Part shown: piece after piece, positions 1 through 9,516 of the stretch
Layout: each line of letters opens with the position of its first letter
Position numbering within the stretch: the first letter of the stretch is position 1
From: Deltaproteobacteria bacterium
Lineage (GTDB): Bacteria > Desulfobacterota > Syntrophia > Syntrophales > Smithellaceae
DNA: 64,000 nt
Assembly (NCBI GenBank): GCA_022710585.1
Contig: JAKLGV010000005.1
Location: forward strand, 4,053 to 68,052
Direction: 5' to 3'
The notes under the pieces: model-generated
What the model was told of the DNA's origin: nothing
The model's database searches: none
The model's input: the letters and a program-made list of their open reading frames with translations, nothing else
Made by a program: the position numbers and the translations under genes

Positions 1-1
1 T

Positions 2-1147
2 TGCCGTTTGATGACAACCAATTTAACTCTGCAAGATATCAAAACAAGGCTCAGCGATTTAACCACAGCCTTGTATCATCATATCCCGTCGGGTGTTGGT
101 TCAACCGGATCGGTTAAATTATCGGGCAAGGATCAGAAAAAGGTGCTCGAAGAAGGAGCTGCCTGGGCGGTCAAAGCTGGATTCGGTTTGCACGAAGATC
201 TGGAGACAACAGAAGACGGCGGCGTCATTGCGGTAGCAGATCCGGAGCAGGTATCGGCACGGGCTCTGGAGCGCGGCAAGCAGCAACTGGGCACACTGGG
301 TTCGGGTAATCACTTTCTGGAAATCGAGGTTGTGCAGGAAATCTTCGATGAAGAAGCCGCGAATACGTTTGGTTTACACAAGGGACAGATTGCGGTGATG
401 ATTCACACCGGTTCGCGCGGATTGGGTTATCAGATTTGTGATGACTACCTGGCTTTGATGGTTAAGCACGCGCAGGAAACCGGGATCGCGCTGCCGGACA
501 GGCAACTGGCCTGCGCGTATCTTGATTCGGGCCGGGGAAAAAATTATCTGGCCGCCATGGCCTGTGGCGCCAATTATGCTTGGGCCAACCGGCAAATTCT
601 GATGCATAAAACCCGGGAAGTATTTGAGAAAACATTGCGGATGTCGCCGCGCGAAGTGAACATGAGGCTAGTTTACGATGTCTGTCACAACATTGCCAAA
701 ATAGAATCATTTAATATTTGCGGTGTGGTGAAAAAACTTTGTGTTCATCGCAAGGGCGCGACCCGCGCCTTTCCCGCCGGACATGAAGCGATTCCCGTGC
801 GCTACAGAGGTGTCGGCCAGCCGGTACTGATTCCCGGCGATATGGGAACCGGTTCTTATGTGCTGGTCGGGCAGGAAAAGGCAATGACGGAAACCTTCGG
901 CAGCGCTTGTCACGGAGCGGGTCGTGTGATGAGCCGGTCGCAGGCGATCAAAACCAGCCGCGGACGTTCGATTGCCCGCGAGCTTTCGGAGAAGGGTGTT
1001 TTGGTGATGGCCGGATCCAAAGGTACGCTCAGCGAAGAAATGCCGGAAGCGTATAAAAATGTGCAGGATGTTGTGCAGGTGATGCACGATTCGGGAATTG
1101 CCAAGAAGGTGGCGAAATTAAAATCCATTTCTTGTATTAAGGGATAA
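2..1147 (+). CDS. rtcB: RNA ligase RtcB, C-terminal ~380 aa (5' end outside window)
   Basis: Frame is open from the window edge. Motifs GSGNHFLEIE, HTGSRGLG and CHGAGR are typical of RtcB. The track start at 8 is an internal TTG. Confidence 0.9.
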   Translation, partial: CRLMTTNLTLQDIKTRLSDLTTALYHHIPSGVGSTGSVKLSGKDQKKVLEEGAAWAVKAGFGLHEDLETTEDGGVIAVADPEQVSARALERGKQQLGTLGSGNHFLEIEVVQEIFDEEAANTFGLHKGQIAVMIHTGSRGLGYQICDDYLALMVKHAQETGIALPDRQLACAYLDSGRGKNYLAAMACGANYAWANRQILMHKTREVFEKTLRMSPREVNMRLVYDVCHNIAKIESFNICGVVKKLCVHRKGATRAFPAGHEAIPVRYRGVGQPVLIPGDMGTGSYVLVGQEKAMTETFGSACHGAGRVMSRSQAIKTSRGRSIARELSEKGVLVMAGSKGTLSEEMPEAYKNVQDVVQVMHDSGIAKKVAKLKSISCIKG

Positions 1148-1216
1148 GTTCTTACTTCTGGCAATATTTTACGGGCTGATATAAGAGATGGAAATGACAG
1201 CCTAATGCAATTACAT

Positions 1217-1272
1217 GTAGGGCGCATTCCCCGAATACGCCGAAAAGGATTGTTCGGGGGAACAATCCCTAC
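1217..1272. repeat. REP-like double-hairpin element, copy A
   Basis: GTAGGG...CCCTAC frame encloses two 9-bp hairpins: ggcgcattc-ccc-gaatacgcc and ggattgttc-gggg-gaacaatcc. Same architecture as 23021-23080. Intergenic. Confidence 0.6.
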
Positions 1273-1328
1273 AAAAGATTTTTTCATGATATTATTAAGA
1301 AAGTGTGATGACTTAACGGGAGAGTTTA

Positions 1329-1637
1329 ATGACCGAAATCATTTTTGATGAAAATGAGGACTGGGAAAAAAGAATATTATGCAGCGATGAATCCTGTATC
1401 GGCGCCATCGGTCCAGACGGCAAGTGCAAGGAATGCGGAAAGGTATACGAGGGCAAATTACCGGATGATCGCGCCGAGAGAATTGTTGATAAAGCAGCCT
1501 CCGTAGAAAAACGAGAAAATGATATTCAGTCGGACGACGATTGGGATAACCGGGTTTTGTGTTCAGACGAATCATGCATCGGTGTCATCGGTTCCGACGG
1601 CAAATGCAAGGAATGTGGCAAACCACTATCATTATAA
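1329..1637 (+). CDS. Small Cys-rich protein with an internally duplicated CSDESCIG-x-IG-x-DGKCKECGK module (putative double zinc-ribbon)
   Basis: Two near-identical approx 25-aa modules, each with 4 Cys, in a 102-aa ORF. No family recognised. Confidence 0.55.
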   Translation: MTEIIFDENEDWEKRILCSDESCIGAIGPDGKCKECGKVYEGKLPDDRAERIVDKAASVEKRENDIQSDDDWDNRVLCSDESCIGVIGSDGKCKECGKPLSL

Positions 1638-1640
1638 ACC

Positions 1641-2537
1641 ATGCCGGTCCAACCAACCAAAAAAACTAAAATATTGCTTTTTGTTTTCCACTGCATCCCT
1701 CGCAGCGTGCGCAAGGGATTATTCCTGTCCTTATTTTATCTACTTTATTTTGTGGGCGTCAAAAACCGTTTAATCACCCTGCACAATCTTCAGCGTTCCT
1801 TTCCTGAAAAAAACACTGAAGAAATCATCAGAATTGCCAGAGGCGTTTATCGTCATTTTGCGATGGTGACGGCTGAATTTTTCGACCTGCCTTATATTAC
1901 AAAAGACAACATTCATAAATGGATGGAAGTTGAAGGTGTGGAAAATTTCCAGTCAGCCGACGCCAAAGGAAAAGGTCTTCTGACAATCGTTGCTCATTTC
2001 GGCAACTGGGAACTGATGACGATTGCTATTCCTTTTTTTCTCAAACCCATTGATATCGTTTACCGGCCTCTGGACAACCCCGTCATTGATAATGTCGCGG
2101 AATATGTGCGCACCATGCAGGGAAACACATTGATTCCCAAGGGTGGATCAGGCAAAAAGATTATGGAATTATTGAAGGATAATCATATCATCGGCATTCT
2201 CAGCGATCAGAATGTCGCTAAAAAAGAAGGCGTGTTTGTCGATTTTTTCGGACGTTCCGCCTGTACCGGCGCAGGGTTGGCCGTAATGGCGATGCGCTCC
2301 GGCGCTCCCGTGCTTCCCATTTTTATGGCGAAGCAAAAATCAGGAAAATATAAGTTCATTGTGAAACCGGCCATTGAAGCTGTTTGTACGGATGATTATG
2401 ATGCCGATTTAGTTGTAAACACCCAGCGTTTCACAAAAATCATCGAGGACGTTATCCGCGAATATCCCGATCAGTATTTCTGGTTCCACCAAAGATGGAA
2501 AACCAAGCCGTGGCAAAAAAGACAGAGTGAAATGTGA
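1641..2537 (+). CDS. Lysophospholipid / lipid A acyltransferase, LpxL(HtrB) family
   Basis: N-terminal TM segment, AHFGNWE (HX4E/D acyltransferase motif), and overall LpxL-like length and end (YPDQYFWFHQRWK). Confidence 0.75.
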   Translation: MPVQPTKKTKILLFVFHCIPRSVRKGLFLSLFYLLYFVGVKNRLITLHNLQRSFPEKNTEEIIRIARGVYRHFAMVTAEFFDLPYITKDNIHKWMEVEGVENFQSADAKGKGLLTIVAHFGNWELMTIAIPFFLKPIDIVYRPLDNPVIDNVAEYVRTMQGNTLIPKGGSGKKIMELLKDNHIIGILSDQNVAKKEGVFVDFFGRSACTGAGLAVMAMRSGAPVLPIFMAKQKSGKYKFIVKPAIEAVCTDDYDADLVVNTQRFTKIIEDVIREYPDQYFWFHQRWKTKPWQKRQSEM

Positions 2538-2566
2538 ATGGTTAATAGTGAATGGTAGATGGTGAA

Positions 2567-2601
2567 AACGGTGGATGCAATTTTTCATCCACCGTTTTTT
2601 A
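2567..2601 (+). terminator. Rho-independent terminator (possibly bidirectional)
   Basis: aacggtggatg / catccaccgtt 11-bp stem followed by a T-run. Lies between convergent genes. Confidence 0.7.
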
Positions 2602-2621
2602 TGAAAGTGTGAATATCCGGA

Positions 2622-3053
2622 TTAGAACTTATAAATCTTATCACCCGGGATAACGGTAAAATTCTTATTCATCAGAACATCGATTGCTTTTTCCGGGTTG
2701 TCGAAGCGGAAGATGATGACGGCGTTCTCGCCGCTTTTTTCGACAAAGGCGTAAAGGTATTCGACGTTGATGCCTTCTTTGGACACAACTTCCATGATGC
2801 TGTGCAGTCCGCCCGGTTTGTCGGGAACTTCCACAGCGACGACGGGGGTTTTGCTAACGCGGAAGCCGCTGTCTTTGAGAACCTTATTGGCTTTTTCCAC
2901 GTCATTGACGATCAGGCGCAGAATGCCGAAATCAACTGTTTCCGCTACGGATAATGTGCGAATATTGATATTGGCGTCTCTAAGAACGCGTGTTGCGTGT
3001 TCCAATGTGCCCGGTTTGTTTTCCAGAAAAACGGATATCTGTTCTACCTTCAT
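2622..3053 (-). CDS. ACT domain protein (two ACT repeats)
   Basis: ISVFLENKPGTL and EVPDKPGGL ACT-type beta-alpha-beta starts. Classic partner of PaaK-like ligases. Confidence 0.8.
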   Translation of the reverse strand: MKVEQISVFLENKPGTLEHATRVLRDANINIRTLSVAETVDFGILRLIVNDVEKANKVLKDSGFRVSKTPVVAVEVPDKPGGLHSIMEVVSKEGINVEYLYAFVEKSGENAVIIFRFDNPEKAIDVLMNKNFTVIPGDKIYKF

Positions 3054-3070
3054 CGTAACCCCCTTATAAT

Positions 3071-4369
3071 TTATATGTGACGTTTATCAATAATTTTCGC
3101 GTCCGCTTTTTGAAGCGTATTGGGCTGAACAAGCTTCACGCGGGCCGAGATGCCCAGAAAATCCTTCATATCCTTGATGATTCTTTGCTCTATTTTCTGC
3201 AATTGCTTGATGCTGCCGGAGTCGCTGAATATTTTATCGTTGACTTCGACCTGTAAATCCAGCGTGTCCAGAGCGCCGACTTTATCGATGATGACCTGAT
3301 AATTCGGCTCCAGCCCCTCGATATCCACGAGAATGGCTTCGATCTGTGACGGGAAAACATTAACGCCGCGGATGATCAGCATATCGTCGCTGCGCTTCAA
3401 AACCCGTTCCATCTTGATATGTGTGCGGCCGCAGCGGCAGGGTTCGGTAATCAGGCGTGAGATGTCGCCGGTGCGGTAACGGATCAGCGGGTTGGCTTCT
3501 TTGGTGAGTGTGGTGAAAACCAGTTCGCCCTCGGATCCTTCAGGCAGAACGTTGCCGGTTTTTGGATCAATGGTTTCGACAATGAAATGGTCTTCAAAAA
3601 CATGCATCCCATTGCGGCCTTCCGGACATTCTATTGCCATGCCCGGTCCGATCACTTCCGATAAGCCGAACAAATCCAGCGCCGTGATGCCGAAAGCTTT
3701 TTCAATGTCGTCGCGAATGGCATTATTCCATGGTTCGGCGCCGAATATCCCCACGCGCAGTTTCAGAGCTTTCAGGTCAACACCCATGGATTGCCCCACT
3801 TCGGCCAGATGCAGAGCATAGGAGGGCGTGGAACAGATGACGGTTGGCCCGAAGTCCTGTAAAATCATTAATTGTCTTTTGGCGTCGCCTCCGGACATCG
3901 GGATGACGCTGGCGCCTACTTTTTCCGCCCCATAATGCAGGCCGAGACCGCCGGTGAATAATCCGTAGCCAAAGGCGTTGTGGATAATATCATTTTTGGT
4001 AATGCCCGCGGCAACCAGACAGCGCGCGATCAGGTCCGACCAGGTGTCAATGTCGCGTTTGGTGTAGCCGAAAACAGCCGACTTTCCGCTGGTGCCGGAA
4101 GATGCATGCAGGCGGACAACACTGCTCATGGGGACGGCAAATAAACCGAAGGGGTAATTGTCGCGTAAATCTTTTCGGGTGGTAAAGGGAAGCTTTTTCA
4201 TGTCGGCGATGGATTTAATATCGTCGGGTTTGACTTTGGCGGCATCGAAGGATTTTTTATAAAAACCGACGGTGTGGTAAACACGCTCCAACACTTGCTG
4301 CAATCTTTTGACCTGCAGGGCCTTGATGACTTCGCGGGGCATGGTTTCAAATTCTTCATTGTAGATCAT
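3071..4369 (-). CDS. paaK: Phenylacetate-CoA ligase family adenylating enzyme
   Basis: 432 aa. SSGTSGK P-loop-like AMP-binding motif, YRTGD motif, PaaK-type N terminus. Confidence 0.8.
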   Translation of the reverse strand: MIYNEEFETMPREVIKALQVKRLQQVLERVYHTVGFYKKSFDAAKVKPDDIKSIADMKKLPFTTRKDLRDNYPFGLFAVPMSSVVRLHASSGTSGKSAVFGYTKRDIDTWSDLIARCLVAAGITKNDIIHNAFGYGLFTGGLGLHYGAEKVGASVIPMSGGDAKRQLMILQDFGPTVICSTPSYALHLAEVGQSMGVDLKALKLRVGIFGAEPWNNAIRDDIEKAFGITALDLFGLSEVIGPGMAIECPEGRNGMHVFEDHFIVETIDPKTGNVLPEGSEGELVFTTLTKEANPLIRYRTGDISRLITEPCRCGRTHIKMERVLKRSDDMLIIRGVNVFPSQIEAILVDIEGLEPNYQVIIDKVGALDTLDLQVEVNDKIFSDSGSIKQLQKIEQRIIKDMKDFLGISARVKLVQPNTLQKADAKIIDKRHI

Positions 4370-4539
4370 GATGGAGCCTCCATGAATTATGGTAAATCAT
4401 AATAGTATTGACGGAAAGCTTAACAAAACTTTTTGCCTCTGGCAAGAAACTTTCCAATGTTTTGATGATCTTGAGTCAGGATGGGTTCCGATCGTTTTTC
4501 TGTGTGCCATAGCTTGTATAAGTGATGCTGTGTCGCCAC

Positions 4540-4583
4540 AAAAAAAGCGCCCATCATTTGAATTTTCGGCAAATGATGGGCGC
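4540..4583 (-). terminator. Rho-independent terminator of the lipoprotein gene
   Basis: 14-bp stem gcgcccatcatttg / caaatgatgggcgc with a 7-nt T-run on the minus strand. Confidence 0.75.
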
Positions 4584-4612
4584 CTGTTATGAGCTAAAGT
4601 ATTTCTGAAATA

Positions 4613-6304
4613 CTATGGAGTATATTTCCAGAAATCTTTATAGAATCCGGTTGGTGTCACTACCTTGTTTGTCTCTGAACCTGAGCAACCCCATCCTGTT
4701 CCTACGAAGTGACTCTTGCTGCCCAGAGAGAAACCGGCCGCTTCAGTTCGTTTGCCATTAATCTCTCCACCATTGTAATAGGCTTTCTGTGTCCACTTAT
4801 CAGTGGCTTGATCATATTCCCAGAAATCGCTGAAAGCAGTGCAGACTTTGCCGCACTCACAAGTACCGCCACAAGGATTATAACAGGGAACGTACCCCAT
4901 CCCGACATAGCCGTTGCTGCACTGGCAATATAGGGCTACGGCTTCAGCTCTCAAACCTCCAGCGAAATCGGCTTTCTTTGTCCAGGCATTTGTTGCCGGA
5001 TTGAATTCATAGAAATCTTGATAATATGTCGTACCGTTCATCCCGGTCCCAACGTAACCTTTGCTGCCTATGGACAGGCCAACGGCCTCAGCTCTTGCCG
5101 TACCGGCTGTACCGGCGAAATCAGTCTTCTTTGTCCAGAAACCAGTGGCCGGATCGAATTCGTAGAAATCTTTATAATAAGCTGTTCCATCAAATCCTGT
5201 TCCCACATATCCCTTACCTGTGGTGGCTGTTGCGATTGAGAAACCGACTGCATCAGCCCGCTCGTTCGCCGCCACGCCGTCCGCTACCGCAACACCTAAA
5301 GAATCCTTTTTTGTCCAGGTATTATCAGCAGGATTGTATTCCCAGAAATCATTGAAATAGTTTGTTCCATCAAATCCTGTTCCCACGTAGCCCTTGGTTC
5401 CGATGGCAAAACCCACGGCAGATTTTCGCTTTAATCCTTCGGGTAGTCTCTGCGTAGCTCCGAAATTGGCTTTCTGTGTCCAGGTATTAGCGGCAGAGTC
5501 ATATTCCCAGAAATCAGCGTAATATGTTGCGGTGTTGCCATTCCATCCCGTTCCCATATAGCCCTTGCCCGTACTCAAAATGCCAAAAGCAACCGCTTCT
5601 GAACGCGCTAATCCATTTACGCCACCGAAATCTGTCTTCTGTGCCCAGGCACCGCCTAAATTTGCCGTGACCGTTACAGTGTAATTCTGTGTCGAGGCAT
5701 CAGCCGCGGTGACTGTATAGATGACCGAGGATGAAAAATTATTGGGGGTTTCTCCGCTAACCTGAACCATTGAATCGACTTTAACATTGGCGCCGGTTGT
5801 CGTGAATGTTGCTACGAGGGCCGATAAATCTTTACCCCAGAGCACATTAACAGCGATCGTTTTTGCGGTTTGATCGATTACGACATCCTCAGCTTCGTCA
5901 CGCAAACTAAAAGAGAATGCTGTAATTTCTTTTGCCGATGATGCCGCAACATTTACTGTAACGGTATATGTTGCCGATGAGCCATTTTCAGCAATAACCT
6001 TATATTCTTTCGGCGAAGAAAAATTGTTTGCGGTCGTGCCACTTACCTGAACCGCATCACCCACTTTGACTTTTTCACCGGTTGTCGTGAATGTTGCCAC
6101 CAACGAGTTCACACTGGTGCCATAGGGCACAGTCACGGCAATGGTCTTTGCTGTGTCATTAATTGTTCCGGTGTTCCCGGCAATAGAGTAAGCCGTAATT
6201 GCCTTTGCCGATGATTCATCGTCATCATCGTCATTGCAAGCGGCTAATGCAAAGGCGCATATTAATACCATTCCAAGTATCAACCACAATTTTCGTTTCA
6301 TCAT
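4613..6304 (-). CDS. Lipoprotein with two Ig-like modules and about six Kelch/galactose-oxidase-like propeller repeats
   Basis: Lipobox LAAC followed by an Asp-rich linker. Two repeats of the form ITA(Y/F)S...TIAV.V..G...L.ATFTTTG..VKV..VQVSG...NNFSS...YTVT. Then repeated GYVGTG..G..Y..DF(W/Y)E(Y/F)(N/D)P..N.WT.K units. Confidence 0.7.
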   Translation of the reverse strand: MMKRKLWLILGMVLICAFALAACNDDDDDESSAKAITAYSIAGNTGTINDTAKTIAVTVPYGTSVNSLVATFTTTGEKVKVGDAVQVSGTTANNFSSPKEYKVIAENGSSATYTVTVNVAASSAKEITAFSFSLRDEAEDVVIDQTAKTIAVNVLWGKDLSALVATFTTTGANVKVDSMVQVSGETPNNFSSSVIYTVTAADASTQNYTVTVTANLGGAWAQKTDFGGVNGLARSEAVAFGILSTGKGYMGTGWNGNTATYYADFWEYDSAANTWTQKANFGATQRLPEGLKRKSAVGFAIGTKGYVGTGFDGTNYFNDFWEYNPADNTWTKKDSLGVAVADGVAANERADAVGFSIATATTGKGYVGTGFDGTAYYKDFYEFDPATGFWTKKTDFAGTAGTARAEAVGLSIGSKGYVGTGMNGTTYYQDFYEFNPATNAWTKKADFAGGLRAEAVALYCQCSNGYVGMGYVPCYNPCGGTCECGKVCTAFSDFWEYDQATDKWTQKAYYNGGEINGKRTEAAGFSLGSKSHFVGTGWGCSGSETNKVVTPTGFYKDFWKYTP

Positions 6305-6540
6305 TTTCTTCTCCTCATCATTTTTTTGTTTATTTGTTTTTTTTACAACAGGCTCAAACTTGATGCAGCCTGTTACTATTGAAATTGATTATTGATGGAT
6401 TTTCATTGAGGTGAATATACGTAATAATTAATCGTGTGTCAATAAAATATTGAGTTATCGAAATGTCACCAGTAGCGTTCCCGTTTAAATCGTGATAGTC
6501 AGTACATTAAGACGATCTTCTAAAAGATTAGAGAATTGTT

Positions 6541-7251
6541 ATGCGAAAAAAGGTTGTTAAAAAGAAAACCAATCTTCAAAAGACAAATCCTGTCCTGGCC
6601 GCTCAGTGGCATCCGACCAGGAACGGAGAGTTGACGCCCGGCGATGTCACACCGGGCTCCAATAAAAAAGTCTGGTGGCAGTGTCTGAGGGGACATGAAT
6701 GGAACACGACAGTCGGCAACAGAAACAACGGGCAGGGGTGTCCATATTGCGCCAATCAGAAAGTAAATCATGAGAACTGTCTGCTGACCGTCAATCCCCT
6801 GCTCGCCATGCAGTGGCATCCGGCAAAGAACGGCGATCTGACCCCGGGAGATTTGACGCCGTATTCCAACAAGAAAGTATGGTGGCAATGCGCGCATGGT
6901 CATGAGTGGAATACGACAGTCAGCAATAGAAGCAACGGACAGGGGTGCCCCTACTGTGTCAATCAGAAAGTCAACAAAGAGAACTGTCTGCAAACGGTGA
7001 ATCCTGCTCTGGCCGCGGAATGGCATCCGATAAAAAACGGTGATCTGACTCCAGGAGATGTAACGCCGGGCTCCAACAAGAAAGTGTGGTGGCAATGCGC
7101 GCGCGGACATGAATGGAGCACAACGGTCAATAACAGAAGCAATAAACACGGCTGTCCTCACTGCTACAAACTGGAAAGGACGCTGTATAAAAAATATAAA
7201 TTCAAATTAAGAAAAATCGGCTACCCCTATTCCGAGGGTAAATCTAATTGA
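6541..7251 (+). CDS. Protein made of three tandem treble-clef zinc-ribbon repeats (DUF4379-like)
   Basis: Three copies of NP.LA..WHP..NG.LTPGD.TP.SNKKVWWQC..GHEW.TTV.NR.N..GCP.C. Confidence 0.75.
   Translation: MRKKVVKKKTNLQKTNPVLAAQWHPTRNGELTPGDVTPGSNKKVWWQCLRGHEWNTTVGNRNNGQGCPYCANQKVNHENCLLTVNPLLAMQWHPAKNGDLTPGDLTPYSNKKVWWQCAHGHEWNTTVSNRSNGQGCPYCVNQKVNKENCLQTVNPALAAEWHPIKNGDLTPGDVTPGSNKKVWWQCARGHEWSTTVNNRSNKHGCPHCYKLERTLYKKYKFKLRKIGYPYSEGKSN
6586..7164 (+). repeat. Intragenic tandem repeat: 2 x 207 bp plus a 165-bp partial third unit
   Basis: 69-aa units start at 6586, 6793 and 7000 and are conserved at the nucleotide level. Confidence 0.8.
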
Positions 7252-7335
7252 TATGCAGTTGCCGTCTTTTTTGCTTGACGCCGTGCGCCATTTTTGACTA
7301 TCTTTTCAAAACGCATTACTTAAAGGCAACTGTTC

Positions 7336-8052
7336 ATGATTGAGGGGCTGGTAAATAATTTATCCGTGTATCTGGAAAGCTCTGTGCTTTTGGCTTTTCT
7401 TGCTTCCTATGTGGGCGGCGTTGTCATCAGTTTTACGCCCTGTACATATCCTTTAATTCCGGTGACGGTGGGATTTATCGGAGCGCATGGTTCATCATCA
7501 AGATTAAGAGGGTTTCTGCTGTCTCTTATTTACGTTTCAGGGATGGCCGTGACCTACGCGGCCCTGGGGGGTGTCGCGGCCTTGTCGGGCAGGATATTCG
7601 GTCAGATGCAGACGACGCCTCTGACCTATTTTATTATGGCCAATCTGTGCCTGGTGATGGGATTGTCCATGCTGGATGTTTTTAATATCGCGCTGCCGAT
7701 TCCTCAAAAACTGATGAGATATTCCGGTTCGGGCGATCAGAAAGGTTTTCTAAACAGTTTTCTGGTGGGAGCCGTTTCCGGCGTCGTCATCGGCCCCTGC
7801 ACCGCTCCCGCATTGGGCGTTTTGCTGGGTTATGTCGCGGTCAAAACAAATGTCTGGCTGGGCATGGGAATGCTGTTTGTTTTTGCTTTGGGTTTGGGAA
7901 CTTTGCTGCTTTTGATCGGCACATTCGCCGGTTTTATCGCGGCTCTGCCTAAATCAGGCGCGTGGATGAATAAAATAAAGTATGCGTCCGGATTGATATT
8001 GATTGGCGCGGCGGAATATTTCCTGTATGTTGCGGGAAGTCTATCCATATAA
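7336..8052 (+). CDS. ccdA: Cytochrome c biogenesis / thiol-disulfide transporter CcdA (DsbD TM domain)
   Basis: Polytopic membrane protein with the SFTPCTYPLIP and GPCTAP Cys motifs. Confidence 0.85.
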   Translation: MIEGLVNNLSVYLESSVLLAFLASYVGGVVISFTPCTYPLIPVTVGFIGAHGSSSRLRGFLLSLIYVSGMAVTYAALGGVAALSGRIFGQMQTTPLTYFIMANLCLVMGLSMLDVFNIALPIPQKLMRYSGSGDQKGFLNSFLVGAVSGVVIGPCTAPALGVLLGYVAVKTNVWLGMGMLFVFALGLGTLLLLIGTFAGFIAALPKSGAWMNKIKYASGLILIGAAEYFLYVAGSLSI

Positions 8053-8065
8053 TCATGAGGTTAAG

Positions 8066-8572
8066 ATGAAGAAAAAAATTGTATTCGTTTTGGCAGGTTT
8101 GTTTGTTATCATTTTGGTCGCCGTCGCTTTCGGTCAATATAAACCGGGAATGTTTTCCATGCGGCAGAAGATTCAGGCGCCTGATTTTTCGCTGAAGGAC
8201 ATTTCCGGAAAAACTTTCCGGCTCAGTTCTTTGCGGGGAAATCCGATCCTGATGTTTTTCGGTGCAACTTGGTGTGCCGCCTGCCGTGGTGAAATGCCCT
8301 ATTACAAGAATCTTTATCAAAAATATGGCGGGCAGGGATTGAAATTTGTCTATATTGATGTCAACGAATCTTCACAGAGAGTGGCCCGTTTTGCCAGAGA
8401 AAACTCGTTTCCCTATCTGGTGCTGGTTGATGAGTACGGTAGCGTAGCCGAAAATTATAACCTGATCGGTGTGCCGACCATTTTTCTTCTGGATAAGGAT
8501 CGAAATATCGTCGGAATCAGTCACCGGGTGGCCGATTTACATGTGGAGAGGTTTTTCCCGGCCATAAAATAA
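8066..8572 (+). CDS. TlpA/ResA-like periplasmic thiol:disulfide oxidoreductase
   Basis: Signal anchor MKKKIVFVLAGLF and WCAAC thioredoxin motif. GAGG RBS precedes the ATG at 8066, so the track start at 8003 is likely an over-extension. Confidence 0.85.
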   Translation: MKKKIVFVLAGLFVIILVAVAFGQYKPGMFSMRQKIQAPDFSLKDISGKTFRLSSLRGNPILMFFGATWCAACRGEMPYYKNLYQKYGGQGLKFVYIDVNESSQRVARFARENSFPYLVLVDEYGSVAENYNLIGVPTIFLLDKDRNIVGISHRVADLHVERFFPAIK

Positions 8573-8612
8573 TCGGCAGAATTGTTATAAAAAAACATTG
8601 CGAGGAAAGTAA

Positions 8613-8816
8613 ATGATGGAACAAAACTGGCTGCAGAATTTATCGAAATCAAATTCCGACAAATGGATTGGCGGCGTATGCGGGGGCCTGGGCGAAAGCT
8701 CTCCCGTTCCCTCCTGGGCATGGCGTCTGCTGTTTGTAACACTGGTGCTATGCTTCGGCACCGGCGTATTATTGTATATTTTGCTCTGGATTTTTCTTCC
8801 GTCCAAATCCAAATAA
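8613..8816 (+). CDS. PspC-domain small membrane protein
   Basis: WIGGVCGGLGE motif followed by one TM helix. Confidence 0.7.
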   Translation: MMEQNWLQNLSKSNSDKWIGGVCGGLGESSPVPSWAWRLLFVTLVLCFGTGVLLYILLWIFLPSKSK

Positions 8817-8820
8817 GGAA

Positions 8821-9492
8821 ATGACTATGAGATTGAAAAATGACATTTACGTTTACGAATGGACCAGTCCTTTTGAAAACAACTGCAATAGTTTTTACAT
8901 TGGCGGCGGCGTCAATGCCTTGATTGATCCGGGACTGACCGGCTACGTTCCCGATTTGCTCGACCGGATGTCCGCCGACGGCATCAAGAAAGAAGACATC
9001 CGCTATGTCATCAACACGCATTCTCATCCCGACCATTTTCAAGGTTCTGAAGTTTTTGATCAGGAAAAAGTCAAGGTCGGCCTGCATACCAGAGAAATCG
9101 AATTTCTAAAAGGGGAAGGGGGAGAACTTTACAGCCTCTTTGGAATCAATGTCCCCCGGATGTATGTCAATTTTCCGATGGAGGAAGGCGATCTGGCTTT
9201 GGGCGATCAGATATTCAAGGTTATTCTGGCTCCCGGCCATTCTCCCGGCTCCATCGGCCTTTACTGGCCCGGCGAAAAAGCGCTGTTCTGCGGCGATGTG
9301 ATTTTTGATCAAAGCGTCGGCCGCACCGATTTTCCCGGTGGAGACGGCGCCCTTTTAAAGAAAAGCATTCTAAATTTTGCCAAACTCGATCTGGAATGGG
9401 TTTTCCCCGGTCACATGGGCATCCTGAATGGGAAAGGTAACATCCAGAACAATTTTAATCTAATTATCAAGGGCATATTCCCCTACATTTAA
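8821..9492 (+). CDS. MBL-fold metallo-hydrolase
   Basis: HSHPDH zinc motif and a downstream GHSPGS. Confidence 0.85.
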   Translation: MTMRLKNDIYVYEWTSPFENNCNSFYIGGGVNALIDPGLTGYVPDLLDRMSADGIKKEDIRYVINTHSHPDHFQGSEVFDQEKVKVGLHTREIEFLKGEGGELYSLFGINVPRMYVNFPMEEGDLALGDQIFKVILAPGHSPGSIGLYWPGEKALFCGDVIFDQSVGRTDFPGGDGALLKKSILNFAKLDLEWVFPGHMGILNGKGNIQNNFNLIIKGIFPYI

Positions 9493-9516
9493 TTTCCATG
9501 CGGAGAACAACTTTTT

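Noticed and set aside
4389-4592. 67-aa ORF between paaK and the lipoprotein gene
   Set aside because: It has no RBS, and it overlaps the intrinsic terminator hairpin of the lipoprotein gene. It is most likely non-coding.
6520-7161. 213-aa antisense ORF opposite the zinc-ribbon repeat gene
   Set aside because: It is an artefact of the tandem repeat, which propagates an open antisense frame. The plus-strand product has clear Cys/His ligand periodicity.
8003-8065. N-terminal extension of the TlpA-like gene that overlaps ccdA
   Set aside because: An internal ATG at 8066 is preceded by a GAGG RBS and yields a canonical signal anchor, so the extension is unlikely to be translated.
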